From IMG/VR virus record IMGVR_UViG_3300042992_001693, positions 23,177-87,176 of that record: DNA of 64,000 nt. One strand, 5' to 3'. Shown piece by piece: positions 28,825 to 39,128 of this stretch; positions within the stretch are counted from its first letter, which is position 1, and each line of letters opens with the position of its first letter. The notes below the pieces were generated by a model. The model saw only the letters and a program-made list of their open reading frames with translations, ran no database searches and was not told the origin of the DNA. The stretch is from a virus. Its lineage: Duplodnaviria > Caudoviricetes. The position numbers were made by a program, and so were the translations under genes.

Positions 28825-29613
28825 ATGAAAGAAAAAGAAATATTTTTTATTAACGGAATGCCAAGATCTGGTTCGACACTGCTTTGTAATATATTAGCAC
28901 AAAACCCAGAATTTCACGTCACAGCCACCAGCGGTTTATCTGAAATAGTCAAAGGGATACACGAATTCTGGAAAACAAGTCCGATAATCAAAGCATCAGA
29001 ATCTCCAGAAAAACAATTAAGAATTATAAAAGATTTATTTCAATCTTATCATTCTGATACAGATAGACCCATAGTTTTTAATAAATCCAGAGCTTGGGCA
29101 GGATTGATCGAATTAGTTGAAAATTCATTAGATAGACCTATAAAAATAATAACCACGACTCGTGATATTCCTAGTGTATTAGCTTCTATGGAAAAACTTT
29201 ATAGAAAAGAAATCAAAAATATCAATAGTCCTTTTCAATCTGGACCTCAAATGAGTACACTTGAAGGTAGATTAAATGTATGGGCAGCATCTGATGGCTT
29301 GGTTGGGGGAACTTATAATGCAATTTTAGATGCTATTTATAGAGGGCATCGTGATAAGTTTCATTTTGTAAATTATGAATTATTAACCAGAGATCCAAAA
29401 ACCACAATGATAAATGTTTATCATTTTTTAGGAAAATCATATTACGATCATGATTTTACAAATGTACAACAATATACAAAAGAAAACGATGCTGAACACG
29501 GGTTTACGGATTTACATACAATAAGACCAAATATACAACCACAAATAGATGATAGTAGATCTATATTAGGAGGGTTATATGATAGATTTGGCAATTTTAA
29601 TTATGAATTTTAG
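28825..29613 (+). CDS. PAPS-dependent sulfotransferase family protein
   Basis: 5'-PSB FFINGMPRSGSTLLCNIL; 3'-PB TRDIPSVLAS; YELLTRDP. Confidence 0.8.
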   Translation: MKEKEIFFINGMPRSGSTLLCNILAQNPEFHVTATSGLSEIVKGIHEFWKTSPIIKASESPEKQLRIIKDLFQSYHSDTDRPIVFNKSRAWAGLIELVENSLDRPIKIITTTRDIPSVLASMEKLYRKEIKNINSPFQSGPQMSTLEGRLNVWAASDGLVGGTYNAILDAIYRGHRDKFHFVNYELLTRDPKTTMINVYHFLGKSYYDHDFTNVQQYTKENDAEHGFTDLHTIRPNIQPQIDDSRSILGGLYDRFGNFNYEF

Positions 29614-32600
29614 AGGAAATGTAATGGTATCTTTCTAAGAGATCCATTAACACCAATTACTAAATATTGGGCAATCGCACCCGCTGTTGCGGTAGTACTC
29701 AATGCAAATGATTCAGAACCTATTGAAATTTGATTTGAAGCACTGACAGTAGCAAAGTTACCAAATGCAATTGCGTTGCTCAATCCATTGGTGAGTGTAT
29801 TTGAATTTCTACCTATTAAAATATTGCCATGTCCTGATAAGTTGGTAAATCCTGCGCATAGACCAACAAATATGTTATTGCTTCCGTAATTATTATAACC
29901 AGCACTTAAACCAATAGACAGTACATTACTTCCACTTAAAGTAGTGACATTATCGCTAATTGAAAAATTAGTACCTTGACTTCTTACAAGATAATTACTA
30001 GCAGATAATTGTAAAGAAGATGCGGTTAATGTTCCATAAATTGCTTGAGAAACTTGGAATGCGTTTGAAACATTTACTCTAGCGCCAAAACCACTGTTTC
30101 CTTGGAATGTTGTATATGTACTTTGCCAATTTGCGCTGTTGGCTGCTACAATTGTATAACTATTTTCCCAATCCGTGCTTAATGCAGTCATGGTTGCAAA
30201 CGTGTTGTTCCAATTTGCACTGTTAGTTTGTGTTATTGTATGTGCTAAGTTCCATTGATTACTGTTACCACCACTAGCATACATTACAGAATTTGAACTT
30301 AAAGCTCCAGATACTGAGAGATTACCAATAATATTAAATCCAGACAATTCGAATTGTTTAATATCTATTACGCTTATATTAGCAGATAATACATTAAGTG
30401 TAGTTACATTAGCAACATTTATATTAGCAGTTAATGCATCGATTCTAGACATGTTTGAAGACAAAGCTTCAAAATATATAGAAGATATTCTATTATTAAC
30501 TGTGAGATTGTTTATTTTGGCAGGGGTTCCTATAAATACTGTATTTCCAGAAGATGATATTGATATATTTTCTGTATTTAAAACTATTTGATTTGATTGT
30601 GTTGCGATTGCATTTGTTCCAATTATAATTGAACCACTCAATGAACTGAACGCAGGACTTAAAGTTCCTGAATTACTACCAATGAAAATATTTTCTGAAC
30701 CGTTTTTATTATGAGTTCCAGAATACACACCCACTGCTATGTTTTTTTGTCCTGTAATGTTACAACTCCCAGCATAATGACCTATAAAAGCATTACATGT
30801 GCCTATTGTAGTTCTAAAACCAGCACCCGTTCCGAAAAAGTTATTTCTCCCACCTGATGTAACATAACGACCAGCGAGACTACCTATAAAGTTATTTACA
30901 TCTGCTGTATTAATATAACCAGCAGCTGCGCCAATGAAATTATTGTCCGAGCCTGTTGATCGAGCCCCAGCAGCCGTTCCTATAAAATTATTATTATTAC
31001 CTGTGGTATTGCAATAACCTGCACAAAATCCAATAAAATTATTATAATTAACTTGAGTATTTACACCAGCTTTAGTTCCTATAAAGTTATTATGATTTCC
31101 ATAGGCGCTGTTTCTTCCAGCAGCAAAACCAAAGGAATTATTATAGAATCCATATGTGTTACCACACCCAGCATAACGTCCTATAAAGTTATTAAATCCG
31201 CCGATGGCGTTACAAGCACCAGAATGGTCGCCTATAAAATTATTAGAGCATCCAGTTGTATTACTACGACCAGAATTTTTACCAACAAAAAAGTTATAAC
31301 ATGCGGCAGATCCACCATTCACATCGCCATATGCTCTACTGTTAAATCCAGCACATTCTCCTAAAAATATGTTATGATTGGTTGATTGACAATTAATAAG
31401 AATAGTAGTTCCATTGTCGTAATAACTATATCTAGATCCTAAAGAATGACCAGCTTTAAATCCAATTGCTATGTTGCTTTGGGGAGCTATGTTAGCTTTT
31501 GGAGAAAACGGATTTGTGTACCCATAACCAGCTTTATAACCTATAAATGTATTGTTTGTAGGATTACTTGTATATTGAGATATATTACTACCAGCAGCGA
31601 AACCTATAAAATTATTATTAGATCCTGTGGTATTGCTGAAACCAGCACTTAATCCAATAAAATTATTATTAGATCCTGTGGTATTTTTAAAACCTGAGCT
31701 AAGACCTATGAATGTATTACTACATCCTGTGGTATTAAAAAACCCAGAATTTGATCCAATAAAATTATTTGAATTTCCAAATGTATTTGATCTACCAGCG
31801 TTATTTCCTATAAAGGTATTATAACAGCCACCTCTATTACAAAAGCCAGCGCGGTTTCCTATAGCAACATTAAGAGATCCTGATAAATTAGTATATCCAG
31901 ATCTCACACCTATAAAGGTATTTGAAGATCCTGTTGTGCTATTTCTACCAGCATATCTGCCAATATTTGTATTGTCACTTCCTGTGGTATTTGATGTTCC
32001 TGCGCGATTGCCTATGAACGTATTCCCATCTCCAGAAGTATTGCATGCGCCAGCATAACAACCCATAAAATTATTAAAAGAGCCATTGTTATTTCGTCCA
32101 GCACCAAACCCCACAAAATTATTAAAAGTGCCTGTGTTATTTTCTCCAGCTGCATTTCCTATAAAAGTATTATGAGAGGCATTGTTTCTAAAACCAGCTC
32201 TAGATCCTATAAACGTATTCGAAGTTCCTGTTGTGTTTAGTAAACCAGATGAAAGACCTATGAATATGTTATTAGTTCCGCTTATAGCGTTGGTATGTGG
32301 TCTTATTCCTAATGAGGTTGATGTTGATTGAAATACATGACCACCTGATAATATAAGATTTGATGCTGTTAATGAACCGAATATGGTTTGGGATGTTGTA
32401 AAATTATTATTTCTATTAACTGTTGCAAACTGTCCACTGAGTTGAGAAAATCTACTTATTGAAAATAAACTTCCAGAAAGATAAGTTGTCAAAGAACTTA
32501 AAGCACCTACTCTTGTCACACCACTTTGCACAAGAGGTATTTGTTCAGATCCCTGATATGGTAAATTATTCAAGGGAAGTTGAGAAATTTTAACAGCCAT
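29610..32600 (-). CDS. Tail fibre/adhesin with YadA-head-like N/G repeats
   Basis: MAVKISQLP N-terminus; more than 25 repeats of about 14 aa (NxFIGxxAGxxNTTG); NSANW-type heptad stalk; late promoter upstream. Confidence 0.7.
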   Translation of the reverse strand: MAVKISQLPLNNLPYQGSEQIPLVQSGVTRVGALSSLTTYLSGSLFSISRFSQLSGQFATVNRNNNFTTSQTIFGSLTASNLILSGGHVFQSTSTSLGIRPHTNAISGTNNIFIGLSSGLLNTTGTSNTFIGSRAGFRNNASHNTFIGNAAGENNTGTFNNFVGFGAGRNNNGSFNNFMGCYAGACNTSGDGNTFIGNRAGTSNTTGSDNTNIGRYAGRNSTTGSSNTFIGVRSGYTNLSGSLNVAIGNRAGFCNRGGCYNTFIGNNAGRSNTFGNSNNFIGSNSGFFNTTGCSNTFIGLSSGFKNTTGSNNNFIGLSAGFSNTTGSNNNFIGFAAGSNISQYTSNPTNNTFIGYKAGYGYTNPFSPKANIAPQSNIAIGFKAGHSLGSRYSYYDNGTTILINCQSTNHNIFLGECAGFNSRAYGDVNGGSAACYNFFVGKNSGRSNTTGCSNNFIGDHSGACNAIGGFNNFIGRYAGCGNTYGFYNNSFGFAAGRNSAYGNHNNFIGTKAGVNTQVNYNNFIGFCAGYCNTTGNNNNFIGTAAGARSTGSDNNFIGAAAGYINTADVNNFIGSLAGRYVTSGGRNNFFGTGAGFRTTIGTCNAFIGHYAGSCNITGQKNIAVGVYSGTHNKNGSENIFIGSNSGTLSPAFSSLSGSIIIGTNAIATQSNQIVLNTENISISSSGNTVFIGTPAKINNLTVNNRISSIYFEALSSNMSRIDALTANINVANVTTLNVLSANISVIDIKQFELSGFNIIGNLSVSGALSSNSVMYASGGNSNQWNLAHTITQTNSANWNNTFATMTALSTDWENSYTIVAANSANWQSTYTTFQGNSGFGARVNVSNAFQVSQAIYGTLTASSLQLSASNYLVRSQGTNFSISDNVTTLSGSNVLSIGLSAGYNNYGSNNIFVGLCAGFTNLSGHGNILIGRNSNTLTNGLSNAIAFGNFATVSASNQISIGSESFALSTTATAGAIAQYLVIGVNGSLRKIPLHFL

Positions 32601-32622
32601 GTCTTTATTTATTTAGTTTTTG

Positions 32623-32630
32623 TATAAATA
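32623..32630 (+). promoter_or_regulatory. T4-type late promoter TATAAATA
   Basis: Exact consensus 9 nt before the ATG at 32640; a divergent TAAATA serves 32600. Confidence 0.7.
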
Positions 32631-32639
32631 CTCCAATAT

Positions 32640-32861
32640 ATGAAAAAAATAAAATTATTAAAGGGATTACTACAAAAAGAAGAAAAAATACTCGATGCTT
32701 TTGAAGATTTACAAAATTTTTTGGATTCTACCGAAGATGAAGAGTTGTCTAGCATGGGAAATGAATTGCATGAATTGTTGATTGACTTTTTTCAAACCAA
32801 TGATACATTAAACATATATGACATCCGAAATTTCGTCGAAGAAGAATACGAATCCAACTAA
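32640..32861 (+). CDS. Small acidic hypothetical protein
   Basis: 73 aa behind a late promoter. Confidence 0.6.
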   Translation: MKKIKLLKGLLQKEEKILDAFEDLQNFLDSTEDEELSSMGNELHELLIDFFQTNDTLNIYDIRNFVEEEYESN

Positions 32862-33702
32862 TGTTTTAATTTTAGGAGCTGGTTACGTAGGAACAGAATT
32901 GTTCTCATGGGTCAATAAAGAAAAAAACAACTATTGGCTATATTCCAGAAAAAATCTAGATTACTCTGATCAATCAGTGTTGAGTAAGTTTTTACTTAAT
33001 AACAAAATTGAGTATGTCATTAACTGTTCTGGATTTACTGGTAGACCAAATGTTGATGAAGGGGAAATTAAGAAAAAAGAGTGCTGGGAACTTAATGTCT
33101 TGCTGCCTTTAAAAATTAGTAAGATTTGCAAAGCTCTTAATATTAATTACATTCATATTTCATCGGGATGTATCTACTCTGGTTATGAAAAGGAATTTAC
33201 TGAAGAAGATGCTCCTAATTTTGGATTGTATGATCATTCGTCTTTCTATTCAAAATCAAAACATGCATTTGAAACTCTGAATGATTATGGATGTACAATC
33301 CGTGTTAGAATGCCATTCGGTGATGATCTTCATGAAAGAAGTTTTATTACTAAAATCTTAAAATATGATAACTTAGTTAACTATAAAAACTCTAAGACAT
33401 ATCTTCCAGATCTCTGTAACTTTATCGAATATATTGTCGATAATAGTATTAATGCTAATAAGATAGGAGTAATTAATTTTGTAAATCCTGAAGCTAAAGA
33501 TACAGAGTTTCTAGTTGAACGTATGAAAGTGTTTAATAGCTATCAAAACAAAAATTGGAAGTTTGTAGATATTAAAGATATTAATATTACAGCACCTAGA
33601 TCCAATTGTGTTCTTTCTATTGATAAGTTAAAAAGTATGTTTCCTGACTTCCACATCGAAACAGAAGCAGATGCAATTGAAATGGCACTAACTAATATCT
33701 AA
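32818..33702 (+). CDS. NDP-4-keto-6-deoxyglucose 3,5-epimerase/4-reductase (NRS/ER-like, RmlD-fold SDR)
   Basis: GAGYVG; INCSGFTGRPNVD; SSGCIY; FTEEDAPNF; SFYSKSK; RVRMPF. Confidence 0.75.
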   Translation: MTSEISSKKNTNPTNVLILGAGYVGTELFSWVNKEKNNYWLYSRKNLDYSDQSVLSKFLLNNKIEYVINCSGFTGRPNVDEGEIKKKECWELNVLLPLKISKICKALNINYIHISSGCIYSGYEKEFTEEDAPNFGLYDHSSFYSKSKHAFETLNDYGCTIRVRMPFGDDLHERSFITKILKYDNLVNYKNSKTYLPDLCNFIEYIVDNSINANKIGVINFVNPEAKDTEFLVERMKVFNSYQNKNWKFVDIKDINITAPRSNCVLSIDKLKSMFPDFHIETEADAIEMALTNI

Positions 33703-33706
33703 TTTT

Positions 33707-34438
33707 ATGAAAGCAATAATTTTAGCGGGAGGCAAGGGTACACGATTGTATCCATTAACACGTACTATCAGTAAACAACTATTGCCTGTTTATAATAAGC
33801 CAATGATCTACTATCCTCTTCAAACATTGAAGGATATGGGTATTAGAGAAATACTAATTATTACAGCAGATTCTCAACAATGTAGATTGTTTCAGAATCA
33901 ACTCAGACATGGGGAACCGTATGGTTTAAAAATTGAATATGCTATTCAAGAAAATCCAGGGGGATTACCTGAAGCATTTATTATAGGTGAAAATTTCATT
34001 GGAAATGATGATGTCACTTTAATTCTAGGAGACAATGTCTTTATTACTAATTCAGAAATTAAAGCAATTCCAAACACCATATACACATATAAAGTGAAAA
34101 ACCCATCTGCATATGGCGTTGCTGAAATCGACGACGAAGGTAAATTAATCAACATTATCGAAAAACCAGCAGAATATGTTAGCGATAAAGCGGTTGTTGG
34201 ATTGTATGTTTTTACTAATATCGCTATTAAACTTGCGAAAGGATTGACACCTTCAAAAAGAGGAGAACTTGAAATTGTCGATCTTATTAAAAAAATAGAC
34301 GATGCCGAAGGCATATCTGTTCAAGAATTTGAAGGTTTTTGGTTTGATTGTGGAACTCACAATGATTTGCTTGACTGTGCGAATTTAGTTGCTACAATTG
34401 AACATAGAACAAACAAAATTGTAGGATTATCAGAATGA
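33707..34438 (+). CDS. rmlA: Glucose-1-phosphate thymidylyltransferase
   Basis: ILAGGKGTRLYPLT, SKQLLPVYNKPMIYYPL, LILGDN, EKP, SKRGELEI, WFDCGT. Confidence 0.93.
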   Translation: MKAIILAGGKGTRLYPLTRTISKQLLPVYNKPMIYYPLQTLKDMGIREILIITADSQQCRLFQNQLRHGEPYGLKIEYAIQENPGGLPEAFIIGENFIGNDDVTLILGDNVFITNSEIKAIPNTIYTYKVKNPSAYGVAEIDDEGKLINIIEKPAEYVSDKAVVGLYVFTNIAIKLAKGLTPSKRGELEIVDLIKKIDDAEGISVQEFEGFWFDCGTHNDLLDCANLVATIEHRTNKIVGLSE

Positions 34439-35346
34439 ATTTATGGATTGAAAAATATAGACCGCAAACATTAGATGATATGTGTTTGTTGGATAGTACA
34501 AGAGCCTTTTTCTCATCTTTTACCAATGAAATACCCCACTTCCTATTCACAGGAAATCCTGGTACTGGAAAAACTACCATTTCTAGAATAATTGTACAAG
34601 ATATCTTAAAATGCGATTACTTGTATATAAATGCATCAGATGAAACTGGCATTGACAATATAAGAGTTAAAGTATCTGGATTTGTACAAACAAAAAGTTT
34701 TGATGGTGGTATCAAAGTTGTTGTTCTTGATGAAGCAGATGGTTTATCAAAAGAAGCTCAAAAATGTTTGCGTAATTTAATGGAAGATTATGCTAAAGTC
34801 GCTAGATTCATTTTAACAGCAAATTATCGTCACAAAATTATAGCTCCGTTACAATCTAGATGTCAAAGTGTAGATATTAGACCGACATTGAAGGGGGCTG
34901 TTAAAAGATGCTTATATGTTTTACAAAATGAAGACATTGACATACCTAAAGAACAAAATAAAGCATTAATCGATCTTGTTAAGAATTATTTCCCAGATCT
35001 TAGGAAATGTATCAATGAAATTCAGAAACACTCAATCGATGGTGTTTTAAATATCGATGGAAAAACAGATAACAACAGTTTATGTTCTTACATATGGACT
35101 GGTATTTTAAACAAATCATCATTACAAACTAGAAAATATTTGATTGAAAATGATCATTTGTTTGATAATGATTACGACCAGTTGCTTTCTAATCTTTTAA
35201 ATTATATCTATGATTTAGAAGTCGATGAATTACAAAAAAAACAAGCTATCGTGCAAATTGCAGATAGCTTGTTTAGAAGTAGTAATGTGATTGACAAAGA
35301 GATCAATGCATTTGCATGTCTTTTGTCTTTAGAGAATATATTTTAA
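34435..35346 (+). CDS. gp44: Sliding clamp loader subunit gp44 (RFC-like AAA+)
   Basis: WIEKYRP, GNPGTGKTT, INASDE, LDEAD, SRC, FPDLR. Confidence 0.92.
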   Translation: MNLWIEKYRPQTLDDMCLLDSTRAFFSSFTNEIPHFLFTGNPGTGKTTISRIIVQDILKCDYLYINASDETGIDNIRVKVSGFVQTKSFDGGIKVVVLDEADGLSKEAQKCLRNLMEDYAKVARFILTANYRHKIIAPLQSRCQSVDIRPTLKGAVKRCLYVLQNEDIDIPKEQNKALIDLVKNYFPDLRKCINEIQKHSIDGVLNIDGKTDNNSLCSYIWTGILNKSSLQTRKYLIENDHLFDNDYDQLLSNLLNYIYDLEVDELQKKQAIVQIADSLFRSSNVIDKEINAFACLLSLENIF

Positions 35347-36020
35347 GCGGTTGCAGGAAGTGGAGGAGGAGTAGCAGCTGATTGTTGTGATCCACCAGCA
35401 TTATAACCTTGCTTAAATGCACCGCCAATACCACCAGTAAATCCTGTGTCTTGAGCAGATTGCTTTTGACCAGCGGTTTGACCTTTGGCTTGCTCAAGTC
35501 TGTTCATTATTTGGGCAAGTGACATATTAGTAACATCGCCTCTTAAATCAATTAAACCTTTGTTTTGAGCTGCTTGAACTAAATCAATCAAGTCCATAGC
35601 AGATTTTGAAGCATTTTCAATTGCTTGAGCTTGTTCTTTATCTGCTGCTGCTGTATTGTAAAGATTTCCAACATTTTGAGCAGCTTGACCAGCGGCTGCT
35701 TTTACGCCAGAACCAACTTGACCGACTTTTTGAGCGGTTGTTTGTCCAGCTTGCTTAACGGCATCTACAGCCCCTCTACCAGCTGCTGCAAGACCCCTAC
35801 CAGCTGCTGAACCAACAGCACCTATACCAGAAGCAACTCTACCAGCGGCTTGTCCCAAAGCTCCTAAAATTTCTTCTATAACTTGAGCTTCTTCAAGTGT
35901 CATGTGAGGGAGTCTTTTCTGAATTTCAGCAATTGTCATATGAGGTGCTGATTCTTGAAAAAGTTGAGCTGTATATGCTTCAGCGAGAAGCGCTTGATCT
36001 AATTTTGTTATTCTAGCCAT
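35343..36020 (-). CDS. Ala/Gly/Gln-rich late protein, possible internal virion protein
   Basis: LAEAY...FQES N-terminus; low-complexity amphipathic body; TAAATA upstream. Confidence 0.55.
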   Translation of the reverse strand: MARITKLDQALLAEAYTAQLFQESAPHMTIAEIQKRLPHMTLEEAQVIEEILGALGQAAGRVASGIGAVGSAAGRGLAAAGRGAVDAVKQAGQTTAQKVGQVGSGVKAAAGQAAQNVGNLYNTAAADKEQAQAIENASKSAMDLIDLVQAAQNKGLIDLRGDVTNMSLAQIMNRLEQAKGQTAGQKQSAQDTGFTGGIGGAFKQGYNAGGSQQSAATPPPLPATA

Positions 36021-36036
36021 ATTATTATTTATGCGG

Positions 36037-36297
36037 TTAAGGTATTTTTTTTAAATAATCTAAAATTAAATTGTACATTTCTTGGGTGTGTTTGTTTATA
36101 TCACCTCCAAATACTTTAGACACATCTTTACCAACATCATATGCAACAGATTTTGCAAATTCATGCTGTTTATTTGTTTGCTTTAAAGAAGATTTAGAAA
36201 AAGCTCCAACTACTTTAGATCCAAGTCTTCTAATAAGACCTTCTTCTACGAGAGATTCTTTATATGCTTCGGCTATTTTTTGATTTTCGTTTATCAT
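36037..36297 (-). CDS. Small hypothetical late protein
   Basis: IAEAYKESLVEE N-terminus. Confidence 0.55.
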   Translation of the reverse strand: MINENQKIAEAYKESLVEEGLIRRLGSKVVGAFSKSSLKQTNKQHEFAKSVAYDVGKDVSKVFGGDINKHTQEMYNLILDYLKKIP

Positions 36298-36309
36298 AAT
36301 AATATAATT

Positions 36310-37212
36310 TTAAGAAGCGTATGCTACAACTTCAATATCTTTACCTCCTGGATTTCTTCCAAGATTTTCAAAATTAAATGAAATCATACTGTTTTCAATT
36401 TCTTGTTCTTCATCAAATGGATCTCCACTTGTTGATTTTCTTCTAAAAGATAACATTTTCTGTGCGCTATGACCAGGATGATGATGAGCTTTTGATATGT
36501 CTATATCATTGGTAACAGCATCTAAGTCAAATCCAAGTTCATCCAATGCACTGGTGACAGCTCTCAATGCTTGTCCAGCGGTTTCAAAACGAGCGTTTCC
36601 ATCTAAACCATAAATTGTCAATTTATTTGTAATTTGATGTCTTTCTGAATCAGAAATTCTGGTTGGATTACTGGCAGCTTCATACAACATGCCAAGCATT
36701 TGATTATCTTTCTTTAATGTAGTGCTTTCTGGAAGTTTATATTCTGTTGGGGTGGCTTTCCCATTACCTTTGTCAGTTTTTCTGGTGATATGATTATTAT
36801 CAATATTAACCACTTCTGGTTTTATTGTAATTTTGTCTTTTCTCTTCCACTCATCAGGAATTGGGCTTAAATTGATGTCATCTGATGGGATTTTGTCAAC
36901 CATATCAGAAGAAACTGTAACTTTACCATAAATTCTGGTTCCACCTTGGTCCGCAGCGATTGTTAATACATAATTATCTGATGTTTTGAATTGATTGCCA
37001 GCACTGGCTCCAGATAGCTTATCTCCAACTTGAACCACCTTTATATTCAACCCACATGTTGCTAAATCGTCAACTTCTTTTTGTAATTCTGTTGACATTG
37101 CCTTGTAAGCATCGCATGATTTATAGTTAGGTCTGAATTTAACAAGATCGCCAGTAAGATAATCATGACGAGCTACAACAGACTCAAAAATTGCATCAAA
37201 TAATTTTCCCAT
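36310..37212 (-). CDS. Hypothetical late protein
   Basis: MGKLFDAIFES N-terminus; TAAATA upstream. Confidence 0.65.
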   Translation of the reverse strand: MGKLFDAIFESVVARHDYLTGDLVKFRPNYKSCDAYKAMSTELQKEVDDLATCGLNIKVVQVGDKLSGASAGNQFKTSDNYVLTIAADQGGTRIYGKVTVSSDMVDKIPSDDINLSPIPDEWKRKDKITIKPEVVNIDNNHITRKTDKGNGKATPTEYKLPESTTLKKDNQMLGMLYEAASNPTRISDSERHQITNKLTIYGLDGNARFETAGQALRAVTSALDELGFDLDAVTNDIDISKAHHHPGHSAQKMLSFRRKSTSGDPFDEEQEIENSMISFNFENLGRNPGGKDIEVVAYAS

Positions 37213-37245
37213 GCAAATTATTTAGTTAAAATGATAAATAAAGTT

Positions 37246-38922
37246 ATGAATTTCAATAAACTTTGTGAAGTAATACTTGAAGCAAAAGGAACCAGACCAG
37301 GTCAAGCTTATAAAACCGCTAAGGAAACAACAGCTCCTATGGGATTTAGCGGGAGTTCGGCTGGATTTGGGGGAACTCAAGAAAAAAGAACACAACTGGA
37401 TCGTTGGGAATGGTCAAATGAAATAACAGCAGATCCAGAGACCAAAGGAGGTAGCGGCGAAGGATTACGCGCAATGAAAAGATTTTACAAAGTTTTAAAC
37501 AACGCATTTCGCTTGTTAGAAAACGACACCGATTTTAGTAAGAGAGTTTTATCAATGTCAAATGATATGGATAAGAAAAGACAATCTTATGGAAGAATCA
37601 CAGTTGAAGATGAGAATGGAAAAATGAAAACATTCGATGAGGAGAATGTGATGAAAATATTTCCTGGAAATATTGCAAAGTATGCTGGCGAAGAAGAAAC
37701 AAGAAGAGCGAAAATATCATATTTGGAAACAGTTAAAAAGAATACTGAAAAACCAAAAGAGATAGAAGCAATTGATAGAGAACTTCAAGAAATAGAAGCA
37801 GAGCGTCAAGAATATGAAAATAAATTAAACACCGCTCAAAATATATATAATCAAGTCTTAGAAAGAACCAATGAAATTGAAGAAGTCAATAAATCATTGA
37901 ATGATCAAAAGATGGAAGCTTTTAAATATTATCTAAAATCAACAGCGGAACAGTTGCTGTTAGATAATGAACAGAAGCTTGCTGATGAAAGCAAATTGCA
38001 AGATTTGTTTCAATTAGATTGGGAAAGCACACCAAAGGGTATGCAAGAAAAAATGAACATGTTAAGAGCTTTAGCTTCTGAAGATTCAACTATAAATCCA
38101 ATTCTTGCATATTTGGATATTTATGATACTCGATACTCTGAAAGAGAAGCTGAATTAAGGGATCAAGAACTCAACGCAAATGTTAATATAACCAAAGTTA
38201 GAGATTATAATTCTTTACCATTTGTACAATTGGTCAACTTGTACAATAATATGAAATATAATGAAAAGTTTGGATTCAAACCTCATAAATTAGCTCCAGT
38301 TGCTATGGACTCTGATGAAAAATCAGATGGAGCATATATTGAATTGAAAAAAGTATTAGATTCAATCAATAATGAAGAAACATGGACAAGTAAAATTATC
38401 AAAAATAAAAAATATATCGAAGATTTAATTGACATGTTATCACTTACAGATTCACAGAGACAAAATATCAAAGGATATACAAAAACTATGTGGAGTGATG
38501 CAACTGGTAGAACAAAAATCAACACAGCTCAACTTATGCTTCAAGAACTCAACAAATATAGGAAGCAATTATCTGAAAATGTTTCAAATTCATTCGATTC
38601 TTATATATCATCCATAATGGAATCCATGGAGTTTGATCATGACGATTATGAAATCGATATGATCGAATTACTAGAAAAAAAATCAACTAAATGTACTGGT
38701 CCAACTAAAAAAGCCAGCAGTGATAGAAAAGGTAAAAAGTGGACAAAATGCGCTCGCCAATCAGATGGTTCTTATAAAAGAATTCATTGGGGACAAGCTG
38801 GAGTTCGTGTAACTGGTAAATCAGGAAACACCAAGAGAAAAAAAAGCTTTAAAAAACGCCACGGATGTTCATCCGCTAAAGCAGGAACACCAAAAGCCAT
38901 GGCGTGTAAAGATTGGGCGTGA
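37246..38922 (+). CDS. Coiled-coil protein with C-terminal basic Cys-containing domain (DUF6321-like)
   Basis: MNFNKLCEVILE start after ATAAATA (track start 37231); C-terminal RIHWGQ...KSFKKRHGC...ACKDW. Confidence 0.65.
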   Translation: MNFNKLCEVILEAKGTRPGQAYKTAKETTAPMGFSGSSAGFGGTQEKRTQLDRWEWSNEITADPETKGGSGEGLRAMKRFYKVLNNAFRLLENDTDFSKRVLSMSNDMDKKRQSYGRITVEDENGKMKTFDEENVMKIFPGNIAKYAGEEETRRAKISYLETVKKNTEKPKEIEAIDRELQEIEAERQEYENKLNTAQNIYNQVLERTNEIEEVNKSLNDQKMEAFKYYLKSTAEQLLLDNEQKLADESKLQDLFQLDWESTPKGMQEKMNMLRALASEDSTINPILAYLDIYDTRYSEREAELRDQELNANVNITKVRDYNSLPFVQLVNLYNNMKYNEKFGFKPHKLAPVAMDSDEKSDGAYIELKKVLDSINNEETWTSKIIKNKKYIEDLIDMLSLTDSQRQNIKGYTKTMWSDATGRTKINTAQLMLQELNKYRKQLSENVSNSFDSYISSIMESMEFDHDDYEIDMIELLEKKSTKCTGPTKKASSDRKGKKWTKCARQSDGSYKRIHWGQAGVRVTGKSGNTKRKKSFKKRHGCSSAKAGTPKAMACKDWA

Positions 38923-38941
38923 TGTTAATTAATTTAAAATT

Positions 38942-39127
38942 ATGAATGAATTTGATCAACTATATAATCTTCTTCTTGAGAAATATAAACCAAAAAAGAA
39001 GAAAAAAGTATCTAAATTAAGAGCTAAATGCCAAGCTAAAGCAAAATCTAAATACGATGTCTGGCCTAGTGCATATGCTTCAGGGTACGTCCAGAAATGT
39101 GTCAAAAGAAAAGGCAAAATGAACTAA
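38942..39127 (+). CDS. Small basic protein (DUF5872-like)
   Basis: KAKSKYDVWPSAYASGYVQKC. Confidence 0.65.
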   Translation: MNEFDQLYNLLLEKYKPKKKKKVSKLRAKCQAKAKSKYDVWPSAYASGYVQKCVKRKGKMN

Positions 39128-39128
39128 T

